From: an uncultured delta proteobacterium
GTDB taxonomy: Bacteria > Myxococcota > UBA727 > VGSZ01
Assembly (NCBI GenBank): GCA_963775425.1
Contig: CAVZJB010000016.1
Coordinates: 96,001 to 160,000, forward strand
DNA: 64,000 nt
Direction of reading: 5' to 3'
The position numbers were made by a program, and so were the translations under genes. Each line of letters opens with the position of its first letter. Position 1 is the stretch's first letter. Below, one piece after another: positions 40,937 through 49,792 of the stretch. The notes below the pieces were generated by a model. The model did no database searches and had not been told where the DNA came from. It saw only the letters and a program-made list of their open reading frames with translations.

Positions 40937-41758
40937 TCAGCAACACGATGACGTCGACGCGGACCCGCAGCAACCTCCCCCCTGCGGGCGCACCGCGCGG
41001 ATCTCGGCGGAGGCGACGAAGCCCTCGGCGCCGGATCCGGGGAGCCAGTCGCGGATGAAGGAGCGGCTCTCCTCCTTGACGTCGATGACGACGTCGACGA
41101 AGCCGGCTTCCTCGATCATGGCGCGCAGCTCGTCGATCGCGGGCGCGCCCGCGACGCAGCCGGCGAGCGCCCCGGGATCGTCGCGGAGCGCCGCGGGGAT
41201 CGGCGCCGACGCGACGATGTCCGCCACGGCCACGCGGCCCCCGGGGCGCAGCACGCGGAACGCCTCGCGAAACACGGCGCGCTTGTCGGGGGAGAGGTTG
41301 ATGACGCAGTTGGAGATGACGACGTCGGCGCTGCGGTCGGCGAGCGGCAGCCGCTCGATCTCGCCGAGGCGGAGCTCGACGTTCTTGGCGTCGACCCGTG
41401 CCGCGTTCTCGCGAGCCTTCGCGAGCATCTCGGGCGTCATGTCGACCCCGACGACGCGGCCGCCGTCGCCCACCTGCCGCGCCGCGAGGAAGCAATCGAT
41501 GCCCGCGCCGCTGCCGAGGTCGACGACCACCTCGCCGGCGGCGAGCCGGGCGAAGGACAGCGGGGTGCCGCAGCCGAGCCCGAGGTCGGCTCCTTCGGGG
41601 GCGGCGGCGAGGTCGTCGGCGGCATACCCCAAGCGCAGCGACGCCCCCGGCGCGGGCGCGCAGCACCCCGGGCCGCAGCCGCAGGCGCCGTCGGTGCGGG
41701 CGACCTCGGCGTAGTGGGTGCGGACAACGGCACGGATCTCGTCTTCGTTCGTGGCCAT
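40937..41758 (-). CDS. arsM: Arsenite S-adenosylmethyltransferase
   Basis: N-terminal CGCGPGCC, LGLGCGTP, DLGSGAGIDC, VISNCVINL, GCVAGA. Confidence 0.92.
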   Translation of the reverse strand: MATNEDEIRAVVRTHYAEVARTDGACGCGPGCCAPAPGASLRLGYAADDLAAAPEGADLGLGCGTPLSFARLAAGEVVVDLGSGAGIDCFLAARQVGDGGRVVGVDMTPEMLAKARENAARVDAKNVELRLGEIERLPLADRSADVVISNCVINLSPDKRAVFREAFRVLRPGGRVAVADIVASAPIPAALRDDPGALAGCVAGAPAIDELRAMIEEAGFVDVVIDVKEESRSFIRDWLPGSGAEGFVASAEIRAVRPQGGGCCGSASTSSCC

Positions 41759-41865
41759 GGCTTCCTCTCTGTTCCCCCACCAAGACGCGGCTGCCGCCAA
41801 AAGGACGCAGATCGTCGGCGATCCAGGCGTCACGGGGCAAGGCGGACCCCCGTACACTGGGGACG

Positions 41866-42754
41866 ATGGCGCGCGCCAAGTCCTGGTTCCTGAGCATCGG
41901 CATCGCTGTCCACAGCGTCGCCGCGGTGGCGGCCGTCTACGAGGCGGTCAGGCTGCGGGCGAGCGGCGCGTCGTGGCTGCCGGTGGTCGCCTGGCTGTGC
42001 GCGGCGGCGGCGGCGGTCGCGTTCCCCGCGCGCATCGGCGTCTACTACGCCGTCACCACGCCGACGACGTCGCCGCGAATGCCCCTGCTGCTCGCGCTCA
42101 CCGCGGGCGCCGCGCTCGCCGCCGCCGTCACCGGCGCGCTGTCGGGCGCGTGGGCGCCCCTCGCGCCCGCCGCCCTCGGCGTCGCGGGCACGGTGACCTA
42201 CGTCTTGTGGTACTCGCGGCTGGGTCGGGCGCACCAGGTCTCGCTCGACGTGGGCCGGCCGCTGCCGGCGTTCACCGTCGAGGACGCCGCGGGCAACGCG
42301 GTCGACAGCGGCTCCTATCGCGGGGGGCCGGTGCTCTTCCTGTTCTATCGCGGCAACTGGTGCCCCCTGTGCATGGCGCAGATCCGCGAGGTGGCCAAGG
42401 CGTACGGCGAGCTCGAGCGTCGCGGCTGCCGCGTGGTGCTCGTGAGCCCGCAGCCCGCGACGCACTCCAAGGATTCTCGCGGAGAAGTTCGGCGTCAGCA
42501 TGGACTTCCTCGTCGACCCCGACGCGCGCGCCGCGCGCTCGCTCGGGATCCTCCACGAAGGCGGCTTGCCCGCCACCCTCGACGTCCTCGGCTACGACCA
42601 GGACACGGTGTTGCCCACGGCCGTCCTCGCCGACGCCGCGGGCACCATCATGTTCTCCGACCAGACCGACAACTATCGGGTCCGGCCCGAGCCCGAGACG
42701 TTCCTCGCCGCGCTGGACGCGGCGGCGCAGACGTCTCCGCCTGCGGCGGGGTGA
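41866..42754 (+). pseudogene. Membrane-anchored peroxiredoxin-like (AhpC/TSA) protein with a frameshift near 42474
   Basis: FYRGNWCPLC; one extra T in GATTCTC breaks KDLAEKFGVSMDF; C-half ends DNYRVRPEP. Confidence 0.75.
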
Positions 42755-42760
42755 TGTGAC

Positions 42761-43537
42761 TCAGCCCGCGGCGGGGTGCGCTCGCAGCCACAGCACACGC
42801 CGGTGATCGGCCACGAGCCCGCGGTCTTCGAAGAGCTTCACGAGGAGGGCGCCCGCGAGGAACCCGCCGATGTGTGCGAGCACGGCGACGCCGTTGGGCA
42901 CGGCCTGCTGCACGCCCGCGAGCTGCGGCAGCGCCGACACCACCTGCAGCCCGAACCAGTACAGGAGCACCAGCCACGCGGGCACGAAGAAGAAGAGCGG
43001 GAAGATGACGATGATGAGCAGCATCCGCACGCGCACGCGCGGGTAGAGCACGAGGTACGCGCCCATCACCGCCGAGATGGCGCCCGACGCGCCGACCATC
43101 GGCACCGGTGACGCCGGCCCGCCCGCGATCTGCGCCGCCGCCGCCACGAGGCCGCCGAGCAGGTAGAAGGCGAGGAAGCGGAAGCGCCCCATGCTGTCCT
43201 CGACGGTCCTGCCGAACGCCCACAGGAAGATGCCGTTGCCGAGGATGTGCAGCCAGCTGCCGTGGAGGAACATCGAGGTCAGCGGCGTGAGCACGTTGAT
43301 GGGGTCGTTGTCGACCACGCACAACAGACCCGGCGCGATGGGCACCGCGGTGCCCACCGCCGCGCGGTGGGTGATCTCGCCGGCCACCATGCCGAGATTG
43401 CACACGCTCGCCGCGAGCCGCGTGGCGTCGAGCCCCGCGCCCTGAACGAACAGCCACACCGCCAGCATCGTCACGAGCAACCCGATGGTGACCACGGGGG
43501 TGCGAAACGTCCGGTTCTCATCGCCGAGGGGAAACAT
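42761..43537 (-). CDS. Rhomboid intramembrane serine protease
   Basis: FLHGSWLHILGN, VGASGA, AHIGGF. Confidence 0.92.
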   Translation of the reverse strand: MFPLGDENRTFRTPVVTIGLLVTMLAVWLFVQGAGLDATRLAASVCNLGMVAGEITHRAAVGTAVPIAPGLLCVVDNDPINVLTPLTSMFLHGSWLHILGNGIFLWAFGRTVEDSMGRFRFLAFYLLGGLVAAAAQIAGGPASPVPMVGASGAISAVMGAYLVLYPRVRVRMLLIIVIFPLFFFVPAWLVLLYWFGLQVVSALPQLAGVQQAVPNGVAVLAHIGGFLAGALLVKLFEDRGLVADHRRVLWLRAHPAAG

Positions 43538-43579
43538 CTCGGCTCGAACGCACGCAAGTCCCTTGCCAGGGCGCGGGCG

Positions 43580-45061
43580 TCAGCCGGAGGCGACGAGCGC
43601 GGCGATGAGGTCGACCCAGTGGATCACCTCGCGCAACAGGAGGAAGTGGTCGCGCACGCGCCGCCGGCCCGAGCGCGCCATGCGCTCGGCCTCCTTGACG
43701 AGGACGAGCGTCTCGGTCACCGCCGCGGCGAACGCGTCGACGTCGTCGGCGCGGTCGATGATCTTGCCGTCGACGTCGGCGCGGATCTGTTGGGCGATGC
43801 CGCCGACGTTGGTCCCCACCACCGGCACCGCCTTGTACAGGGCCTCGGTGACGGTGAGCCCGAAGCCCTCCTGGATGCTCGGCTGCACGATGACGGACGC
43901 GATGCGTTGCAGCGCGTTCACCATCAGCGCGTTCTGCTTCGCCCGCGTCATCGGCAGCCTCACGATGTGCACGCGCTCCGCCGTCGCCGGCGGCAGCGCG
44001 TCACGGCGGCGGCAGAGGTCGGCGAGCACCGCGGTGGCTTCGGGATCGTCGCTCACGCCGCTCGGGTCGGGGCCCGCGAGCACGAGCCGGCAGCGCGACA
44101 GCTCGTCAAACGCCCTCGCCGAGGACGCGCGCAGCCGGCGCGCACGCTCGGCGCCGGTGGCGACGACGGCGTCGAACGCCGCCAGCGAGCACTCGAAGCC
44201 CTTGAGCGGATCGAAGCGCGACACGTGCAGGACGATGGGCGCCGACAGCAGCGCGTCGATGGGAACGGGCGCGAAGCGGCCACCCACGTATTGCTCCGAC
44301 TGCGCCTCGAAGCGCGCCCAATCCGGCACGTCGCCGGGAGCGAGCCCCGACGCGCGCAGGATGCCCAGGAGCTTGTACGGCGACAGCGGCCGGTTCTTGT
44401 GCGACAGCGGATCGATGGTGGGTTGCATCGCCGTCGTGAGGTCCTTGTACGCGGCGGGCACGTAGCGCGCCGACGTGAACACCATGCGGGCATACGGCTC
44501 GAGCCACGGCCGAAGGAACGTCCAGGCGGCCTCGGTGCCCTCGTTTTTGAACGGCACGCCGATGTGGCAGCGCCACACCAGCCTTCGGCGCAGCGGCTCG
44601 GGCAGGAGCGCCGCGATGCCGCAGGGCTGCGGGTCATGCACGACGACGACGTCGCCGACCTCGAGGTGCTCCTTGAGCGCGCGCGCCCCCTCGCCCGACA
44701 CGCGGGCGAAGGTCGCCTGGGCGCTCGCCGCGAAGCCCTCGGGGCTGCCGCGCCCGTGCAGCAGGTGGTGGAGGCGCTTGGTGAGCGGGAAGAACGTGTC
44801 GTCATCGGGCTCGAGCACGAGCCAGCGCACGTCGAGGCCGAGCTCGCGCAGCTTGCCGCAGGTGTGCGGCAGCGTGGCGGCGACGCCGCCCCCGGTGGAC
44901 GTGGAGCTGAGCATCCAGATGCGGCTGCCGTTGAGCCTGTCGGCGAGCGCGTGCGCCTTGGCGATGAGCGGGTCGACGAGGGCGTCCTGGCCGTCGACGA
45001 GGCGATACTCCTCGAGGCGGTGGCCGGTGGCGAAGTCGACGCGGCGAAGTCGGGCTCCCAC
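43580..45061 (-). CDS. treT: GT4 glycosyltransferase, trehalose synthase TreT-like
   Basis: STGGGVA, VHDPQP, WRCHI, IDPLSHKN, VSRFDPLKG, EGFGLTVTEA. Confidence 0.8.
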   Translation of the reverse strand: MGARLRRVDFATGHRLEEYRLVDGQDALVDPLIAKAHALADRLNGSRIWMLSSTSTGGGVAATLPHTCGKLRELGLDVRWLVLEPDDDTFFPLTKRLHHLLHGRGSPEGFAASAQATFARVSGEGARALKEHLEVGDVVVVHDPQPCGIAALLPEPLRRRLVWRCHIGVPFKNEGTEAAWTFLRPWLEPYARMVFTSARYVPAAYKDLTTAMQPTIDPLSHKNRPLSPYKLLGILRASGLAPGDVPDWARFEAQSEQYVGGRFAPVPIDALLSAPIVLHVSRFDPLKGFECSLAAFDAVVATGAERARRLRASSARAFDELSRCRLVLAGPDPSGVSDDPEATAVLADLCRRRDALPPATAERVHIVRLPMTRAKQNALMVNALQRIASVIVQPSIQEGFGLTVTEALYKAVPVVGTNVGGIAQQIRADVDGKIIDRADDVDAFAAAVTETLVLVKEAERMARSGRRRVRDHFLLLREVIHWVDLIAALVASG

Positions 45062-45137
45062 CCCCTGAGCCTAACCACGCACCCCCTCCCGCGCGGCATT
45101 GAACATGTGTATCGGGCGCGCACAGCCCGCCCCTCGC

Positions 45138-45644
45138 ATGCACGCCGTCTATCTGCTGTCCGTCACGCTCCACATCCTCGCCGCCATGACGTGGACCGGC
45201 GGCATGATCTTCCTCGTCGTCGTCGTCGTTCCGCTCCTGCGCCGCGGCGACCGCGCCGCCGCCGCGGCGTTCCTGCGCGAGAGCGGGACGCGCTTTCGCG
45301 CCGTCGGGTGGACCTGCTTCGCCGTCCTCCTCGTCACCGGCGCCGTGAACCTCTCGTTTCGCGGGGTCCACGCCGCCGACCTCGTGAGCGCGGCGTGGCT
45401 CGGCAGCGCGGCCGCCCGTCCCATCGTGCTCAAGCTCGCCACCTTCGCCGCCATCTTGGGCGCGAGCGCGGTGCACGACTTCGTCCTCGGCCCGCGCGCC
45501 ACCGCCGCCGTGGAGCGCGACCCTGCGTCGGCCGAGGCGGAGCGCCTGCGCCGACGCGCCTCGCTGCTCGGCCGCGTCGAGGCACTCCTCGCGCTGGTGG
45601 CCGTCGGACTCGGCGTCGTGATCGTGCGGGGCTGGCCGTGGTGA
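45138..45644 (+). CDS. CopD/DUF4149-like membrane protein
   Basis: LHILAAMTWTGGMIF, LKL, HDFVLGP; four TMs. Confidence 0.75.
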   Translation: MHAVYLLSVTLHILAAMTWTGGMIFLVVVVVPLLRRGDRAAAAAFLRESGTRFRAVGWTCFAVLLVTGAVNLSFRGVHAADLVSAAWLGSAAARPIVLKLATFAAILGASAVHDFVLGPRATAAVERDPASAEAERLRRRASLLGRVEALLALVAVGLGVVIVRGWPW

Positions 45645-45709
45645 GCGTGTCGACCCGCGCCCGCTGCGCGCCGTGGCCGTCGTCGCGGCCGTCCGCGCCG
45701 CCGCCGGGG

Positions 45710-46327
45710 TCACTCCCCTCGCGCTGCTCTTGTGGGCGGCGCACCCGCGTCGCGGGCTGTGGGCGCGCTCTTCCCCTGCACGAGCCCCGTGAGCAGGCGC
45801 GCGTTCCCCGCGGGGTCCTGCTTCACGCCCGCCGTCTGTTCCCGGATGACGCCCTGGGCGTCGAGCACCGAGATGATGCTCGAGTGCACGAACTGGGCGC
45901 CGGCGGCGCGGAACTTCATGCCGAGCACGGCGGCGAGCTCGCGCACGTCGTCGTCGCGGCCGGTCAGGAGCGTCCAGCGCGCGAGGTCGAGGCCGTCACC
46001 CTTGGCGAGCTTCAGGAGCGCGGCGGGCGTGTCGCGCTTGGGGTCGAAGGACACGAGCACGAAGCGCACCTTGGCGCGCGTGGCCGGGTCGAGCCTGCGC
46101 TCGACCGCCTTCATGTCCTGCACGGTGAGCGGGCAGGCCGCGCGGCACGTCGTGTAGATCATGGCGACGAGGACGGGCTCGCCCGCGAGCGCCTCGAGCT
46201 TCATGGACTTCCCCGCCTGGTCCGTCCACGTGCTCTCGAGGGCGTAGATGGAGTCTCCCCCACCAGCCGAAGGGGCGAGGGCAGGGGCGGCCACGGCGCC
46301 TGCGGCGAGGGCGAGGGCGAGCATCAT
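45710..46327 (-). CDS. SCO1/SenC copper chaperone
   Basis: YTTCRAACP (CxxxC), SFDPKRDTP, FVHS. Confidence 0.9.
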   Translation of the reverse strand: MMLALALAAGAVAAPALAPSAGGGDSIYALESTWTDQAGKSMKLEALAGEPVLVAMIYTTCRAACPLTVQDMKAVERRLDPATRAKVRFVLVSFDPKRDTPAALLKLAKGDGLDLARWTLLTGRDDDVRELAAVLGMKFRAAGAQFVHSSIISVLDAQGVIREQTAGVKQDPAGNARLLTGLVQGKSAPTARDAGAPPTRAARGE

Positions 46328-47109
46328 GGGTGGATCTCCTTGGCGCAGCGAAACCCGAGGTTCCGCACGGTGTAGCGCGCCTTCAAGCTGCCGCGGAACG
46401 CGTAGCGCATGAAGGTCGCGTAGTCGGAAGGGTCGACGGAGCGGACGCCCGCGCTGCCGCAAAACAACTGCGAGGCGCCGCCGCGGCCCTCGTCGGAGGT
46501 CATGCTGTCGTTGAAGTCGAGCACCCACTCCCAGACGAGCGCGTGCAGGTCGTGCACACCGAAGCGGTTGGCCGCCGTGCGCCCGACGGCGGGCAGGACG
46601 TCCGGGGTGGGCGCGCCGTACCAGGTGAGGATGCGCTCCGACGTCTCCCTGGCCTCCTTTACCGACGCGCTCTCGGCCGCGCGCTCCCACTCGGCTTCGG
46701 TCGGCAGCCGCTTGTTGAGCGACCTGCAGTACGCCTTGGCCGCGAACCAGCTCACCTCTGTGACCGGCGACGTCGCGGGGTTCTTCGGGCCGGGCTCGAG
46801 GTCCGACTTCCACGAGCGCAGGTAGCCGACGTCGGCGAACAGGTGCTTGATGCGCGAGCGGCGCCACCTGGGGTGCGCCCGCACGAACGACGCGAAGGCG
46901 CCGTTGGTCACCGGCTCCGCGTCGAGCGCGAACGCCGCCACAGGGATCTCCGCGCTCTGCGGCGGCGGCTCCGGCGCGCTCGCGCTCGTCGACGACGTCT
47001 GCGCCGCGGGGATGTCCTTCAGGAACCGGCGAAACGTCCCCGCGGGCACGGCGACCATCCCGTGCGGCAGCGACCCGAGGGCCAGGCAGAAGAGGGGCGC
47101 GGCGAGCAT
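46324..47109 (-). CDS. nirV: NirV-like FGE-sulfatase domain protein
   Basis: PVTEVSW, RLPTEAEWE, NRFGVHDL...WEW, LGFRC; directly downstream of nirK. Confidence 0.8.
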   Translation of the reverse strand: MLAAPLFCLALGSLPHGMVAVPAGTFRRFLKDIPAAQTSSTSASAPEPPPQSAEIPVAAFALDAEPVTNGAFASFVRAHPRWRRSRIKHLFADVGYLRSWKSDLEPGPKNPATSPVTEVSWFAAKAYCRSLNKRLPTEAEWERAAESASVKEARETSERILTWYGAPTPDVLPAVGRTAANRFGVHDLHALVWEWVLDFNDSMTSDEGRGGASQLFCGSAGVRSVDPSDYATFMRYAFRGSLKARYTVRNLGFRCAKEIHP

Positions 47110-47110
47110 G

Positions 47111-48574
47111 TCACTCGGCGTGGACGCTGCCGTCCTTCGCCCGGTTGGCGGCGATGTCCGCGGGCGTCACCTCGACGCCCGCGTTCCCCCAACTGTGGGA
47201 GACGAAGGTGAGCACGTTGGCCAGGTCCTCGTCGGGCAGGTGCCACGCGGGCATGACGCCGTTGAAGTCCTGCCCGTTCACCGTCACCTTGCCGCTGAGG
47301 CCCCCCGTGACGACCTTGATGGCGCGCTTGATGTCGGCGTTCAGGAAGTCGCTCTTGGCGAGCGGCGGGAACGCGTGCGGGATGCCCACGCCCGTCGCCT
47401 GGTGACACGCCATGCAGTTTTGCTGGAACACCTGCTCGCCGCGCGCGATGCGCTCCTTCAAGGTCTTGGCCGGCGGCGCCGCCGTGGACGCCAGCTCCAC
47501 GTTTCGCATGGCCGAGCCCTCGGGCAGGTACACGGTGTCGCTGATCTTGCCCGAGTAGATCTCTTTGTTCTCGGGGCCGGCGACCTTGAGCTGGGCCATG
47601 GCGCCCTTGTTGAACGCGCGCGTGATCGAGTGGTCGACCATGATGTACGTGCCCGGCGTGTTGAGCTTGACCTCGACGACGGTGGCGCCGCCCGAGGGCA
47701 CGAGCGTGGTCTGCACGTCATGGCTGACGGTGGTGCCGCCCTCGGGGCGCACGGTCTCGAAGATCTCGCCGATCATGTGGAACGAGCTCACGAGGTTGGG
47801 GCCGCCGTTTCCGACGAAGAGCCGTACGCGCTGACCGACGTCGGCCTTGAGCGCCTTGTCATCGAGCATGGAGCCGACGGAGCCGTTGAAGACCACGTAC
47901 TCGGGCTTCTCGTCGATGGCCTTCTCCATGCTGAACGATTGAAGGCCGCGCTCGCCGTACTTGCCCTTGGTGTAGAGCTCGCCCTGCATGACGTAGAACT
48001 CGTGGTCGACGGGCGCCAGCCCCTCCGGCGGCTCGACGAGGATGAGGCCGTACATGCCGTTGCCGATGTGCATGCCGATGGGAGCGACGGCGCAGTGGTA
48101 GACGAACAGCCCCGCGTTCAACGCGCGGAACGAGAACGTCGACTCGTGGCCGGGCGCCGTGAACGTGCTGGCGGCGCCGCCGCCCGGGCCGTTCACCGCG
48201 TGCATGTCGATGTTGTGCGGCATCTTGTTGTCGGGGTGGTTTTGCAGGTGGAGCTCGATGAGGTCGCCCTGCCGGACGCGGATGAACTTCCCGGGCACAT
48301 GGCCGCCGAAGGTCCAAAACGTGTAGTCGACGCCGTCGGCGAGGCGCTGCACGAGCTCCTTCACCTCGAGGTGCACGACCACCTTGGTGGGGTGCTTGCG
48401 GGTGATGGGTGGCGGGACGTTGGGGGCGTCGGTGAGGACGGCCTCCTCCTCGCCCACGATCGGTTGCTCCTCGGGCGGCACCGGTGCCGCCGCCTGCTGG
48501 GCGGGTGCCGAGGGGCACGCGCCGAGGGCCAGGGCGAACGGGACGACGGCGACGCGGAACATCTGACTCGGCAT
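47111..48574 (-). CDS. nirK: Copper nitrite reductase, lipoprotein, with C-terminal cytochrome c domain
   Basis: Lipobox LGAC; [34 protein letters not shown]; CMACH haem motif. Confidence 0.93.
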   Translation of the reverse strand: MPSQMFRVAVVPFALALGACPSAPAQQAAAPVPPEEQPIVGEEEAVLTDAPNVPPPITRKHPTKVVVHLEVKELVQRLADGVDYTFWTFGGHVPGKFIRVRQGDLIELHLQNHPDNKMPHNIDMHAVNGPGGGAASTFTAPGHESTFSFRALNAGLFVYHCAVAPIGMHIGNGMYGLILVEPPEGLAPVDHEFYVMQGELYTKGKYGERGLQSFSMEKAIDEKPEYVVFNGSVGSMLDDKALKADVGQRVRLFVGNGGPNLVSSFHMIGEIFETVRPEGGTTVSHDVQTTLVPSGGATVVEVKLNTPGTYIMVDHSITRAFNKGAMAQLKVAGPENKEIYSGKISDTVYLPEGSAMRNVELASTAAPPAKTLKERIARGEQVFQQNCMACHQATGVGIPHAFPPLAKSDFLNADIKRAIKVVTGGLSGKVTVNGQDFNGVMPAWHLPDEDLANVLTFVSHSWGNAGVEVTPADIAANRAKDGSVHAE

Positions 48575-48676
48575 GCGCGGATCTCCTCCGAAGGCGAGGC
48601 CGGATGCTAGCCGGAATCGCTCGCGGCGACGTGAATACCGATGCCGATGCCACAGCGGCATGGGAGGGGGCGCCCT

Positions 48677-49666
48677 TCACCGCCTCGTCTGGAACAGAAG
48701 GATCATGCCGATCAAGACCGCCAGCAGCGCGGCGGAGATGGCGATCGCGATGCGCGTCGCCTTGGTGGCGCGGCCTTTCTCCCACCAACTGACGGGGTGA
48801 ATGCCTTGAACGACAAACGTGGTGACGCCCGCGAGGTTCACGCAGATCAGGTTCACGAGAAACAGCGAGAGTGCTCCCAGCGCCGCACCCGGTTGGCCGC
48901 TTCCGAGCAGCAAGCCGGACACCGCCAGTGGGGGCAGGAGCGCGACGGCCACCATCACGCCGATGAGCGCCACCGACACGCCCGTCGTGAACGCCAGCGC
49001 GCCGGCGCAGCCCGACGCCAACGCCACGGCGACTTCGCCGACGGCGACATGCGTGCGGGCGGCGAGCTCGGGCGCGGACGCGTCGACGGGGGTCACGGCG
49101 CCTGCGATCACCGACAACACCGCGACGACCGCGACCCCGGCAAGCGTCGTGCGGAACGCGCGCCACAGGAGTGACAAGTCGCCCAGCGTGGTGCCGAGCG
49201 CCAAGGCGACGCTCGGTCCGAGCAACGGTGCGATCACCATGGCGCCGATGATGACGGCGACGTTGCCGTTCTCCACGCCGACGATCGCGACGATCGTCGA
49301 GAGCAAGACCATCACGAGATAGACGCGCGTACACTCCGCCGCGCCGCGGATGTCTTCGACGAGCTCCTCTCGGCTGACCCTTGCGGGCTTGTCATTCGGC
49401 GGAGGCGCTTGCTCCGGCAGAGCGCGCGGCAGCGTCGCCTCCACGGGGAGGACCACGACTCGATTCCCGGGCGCATCGGCGAAGCGCTGTTCCAGGAGAT
49501 CGAGGACCGACTCGCTCTGCTCGGCCTCCACCAGGATGCGCACCAGCATCTGGTCGTCGGCCAATTGCACCTGGCGATGCTCGAGCACTTCGTGCTCCTT
49601 GAGGAGATCGAGGAGCGCGGCGCTGTCCTGCCCCGCCATCACGGTCTCAATCAAACGCAGCGGCAT
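48677..49666 (-). CDS. TIGR00341/DUF389 hydrophobic membrane protein
   Basis: VIIGAMVIAPLLGP, GVMVAVALLPP, NLICVNL. Confidence 0.88.
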   Translation of the reverse strand: MPLRLIETVMAGQDSAALLDLLKEHEVLEHRQVQLADDQMLVRILVEAEQSESVLDLLEQRFADAPGNRVVVLPVEATLPRALPEQAPPPNDKPARVSREELVEDIRGAAECTRVYLVMVLLSTIVAIVGVENGNVAVIIGAMVIAPLLGPSVALALGTTLGDLSLLWRAFRTTLAGVAVVAVLSVIAGAVTPVDASAPELAARTHVAVGEVAVALASGCAGALAFTTGVSVALIGVMVAVALLPPLAVSGLLLGSGQPGAALGALSLFLVNLICVNLAGVTTFVVQGIHPVSWWEKGRATKATRIAIAISAALLAVLIGMILLFQTRR

Positions 49667-49792
49667 GATCGCTTCTCCTCGCGGGCTTCGCTCCCGCATC
49701 GCCGCCGCGTTCACCAAGAAGCATGCCAGCGGCGAGGCGCGCACCCGCTCGTGCTCGGCGCGCGAACATCCCGCGGCTGTGCCATCGCAACC

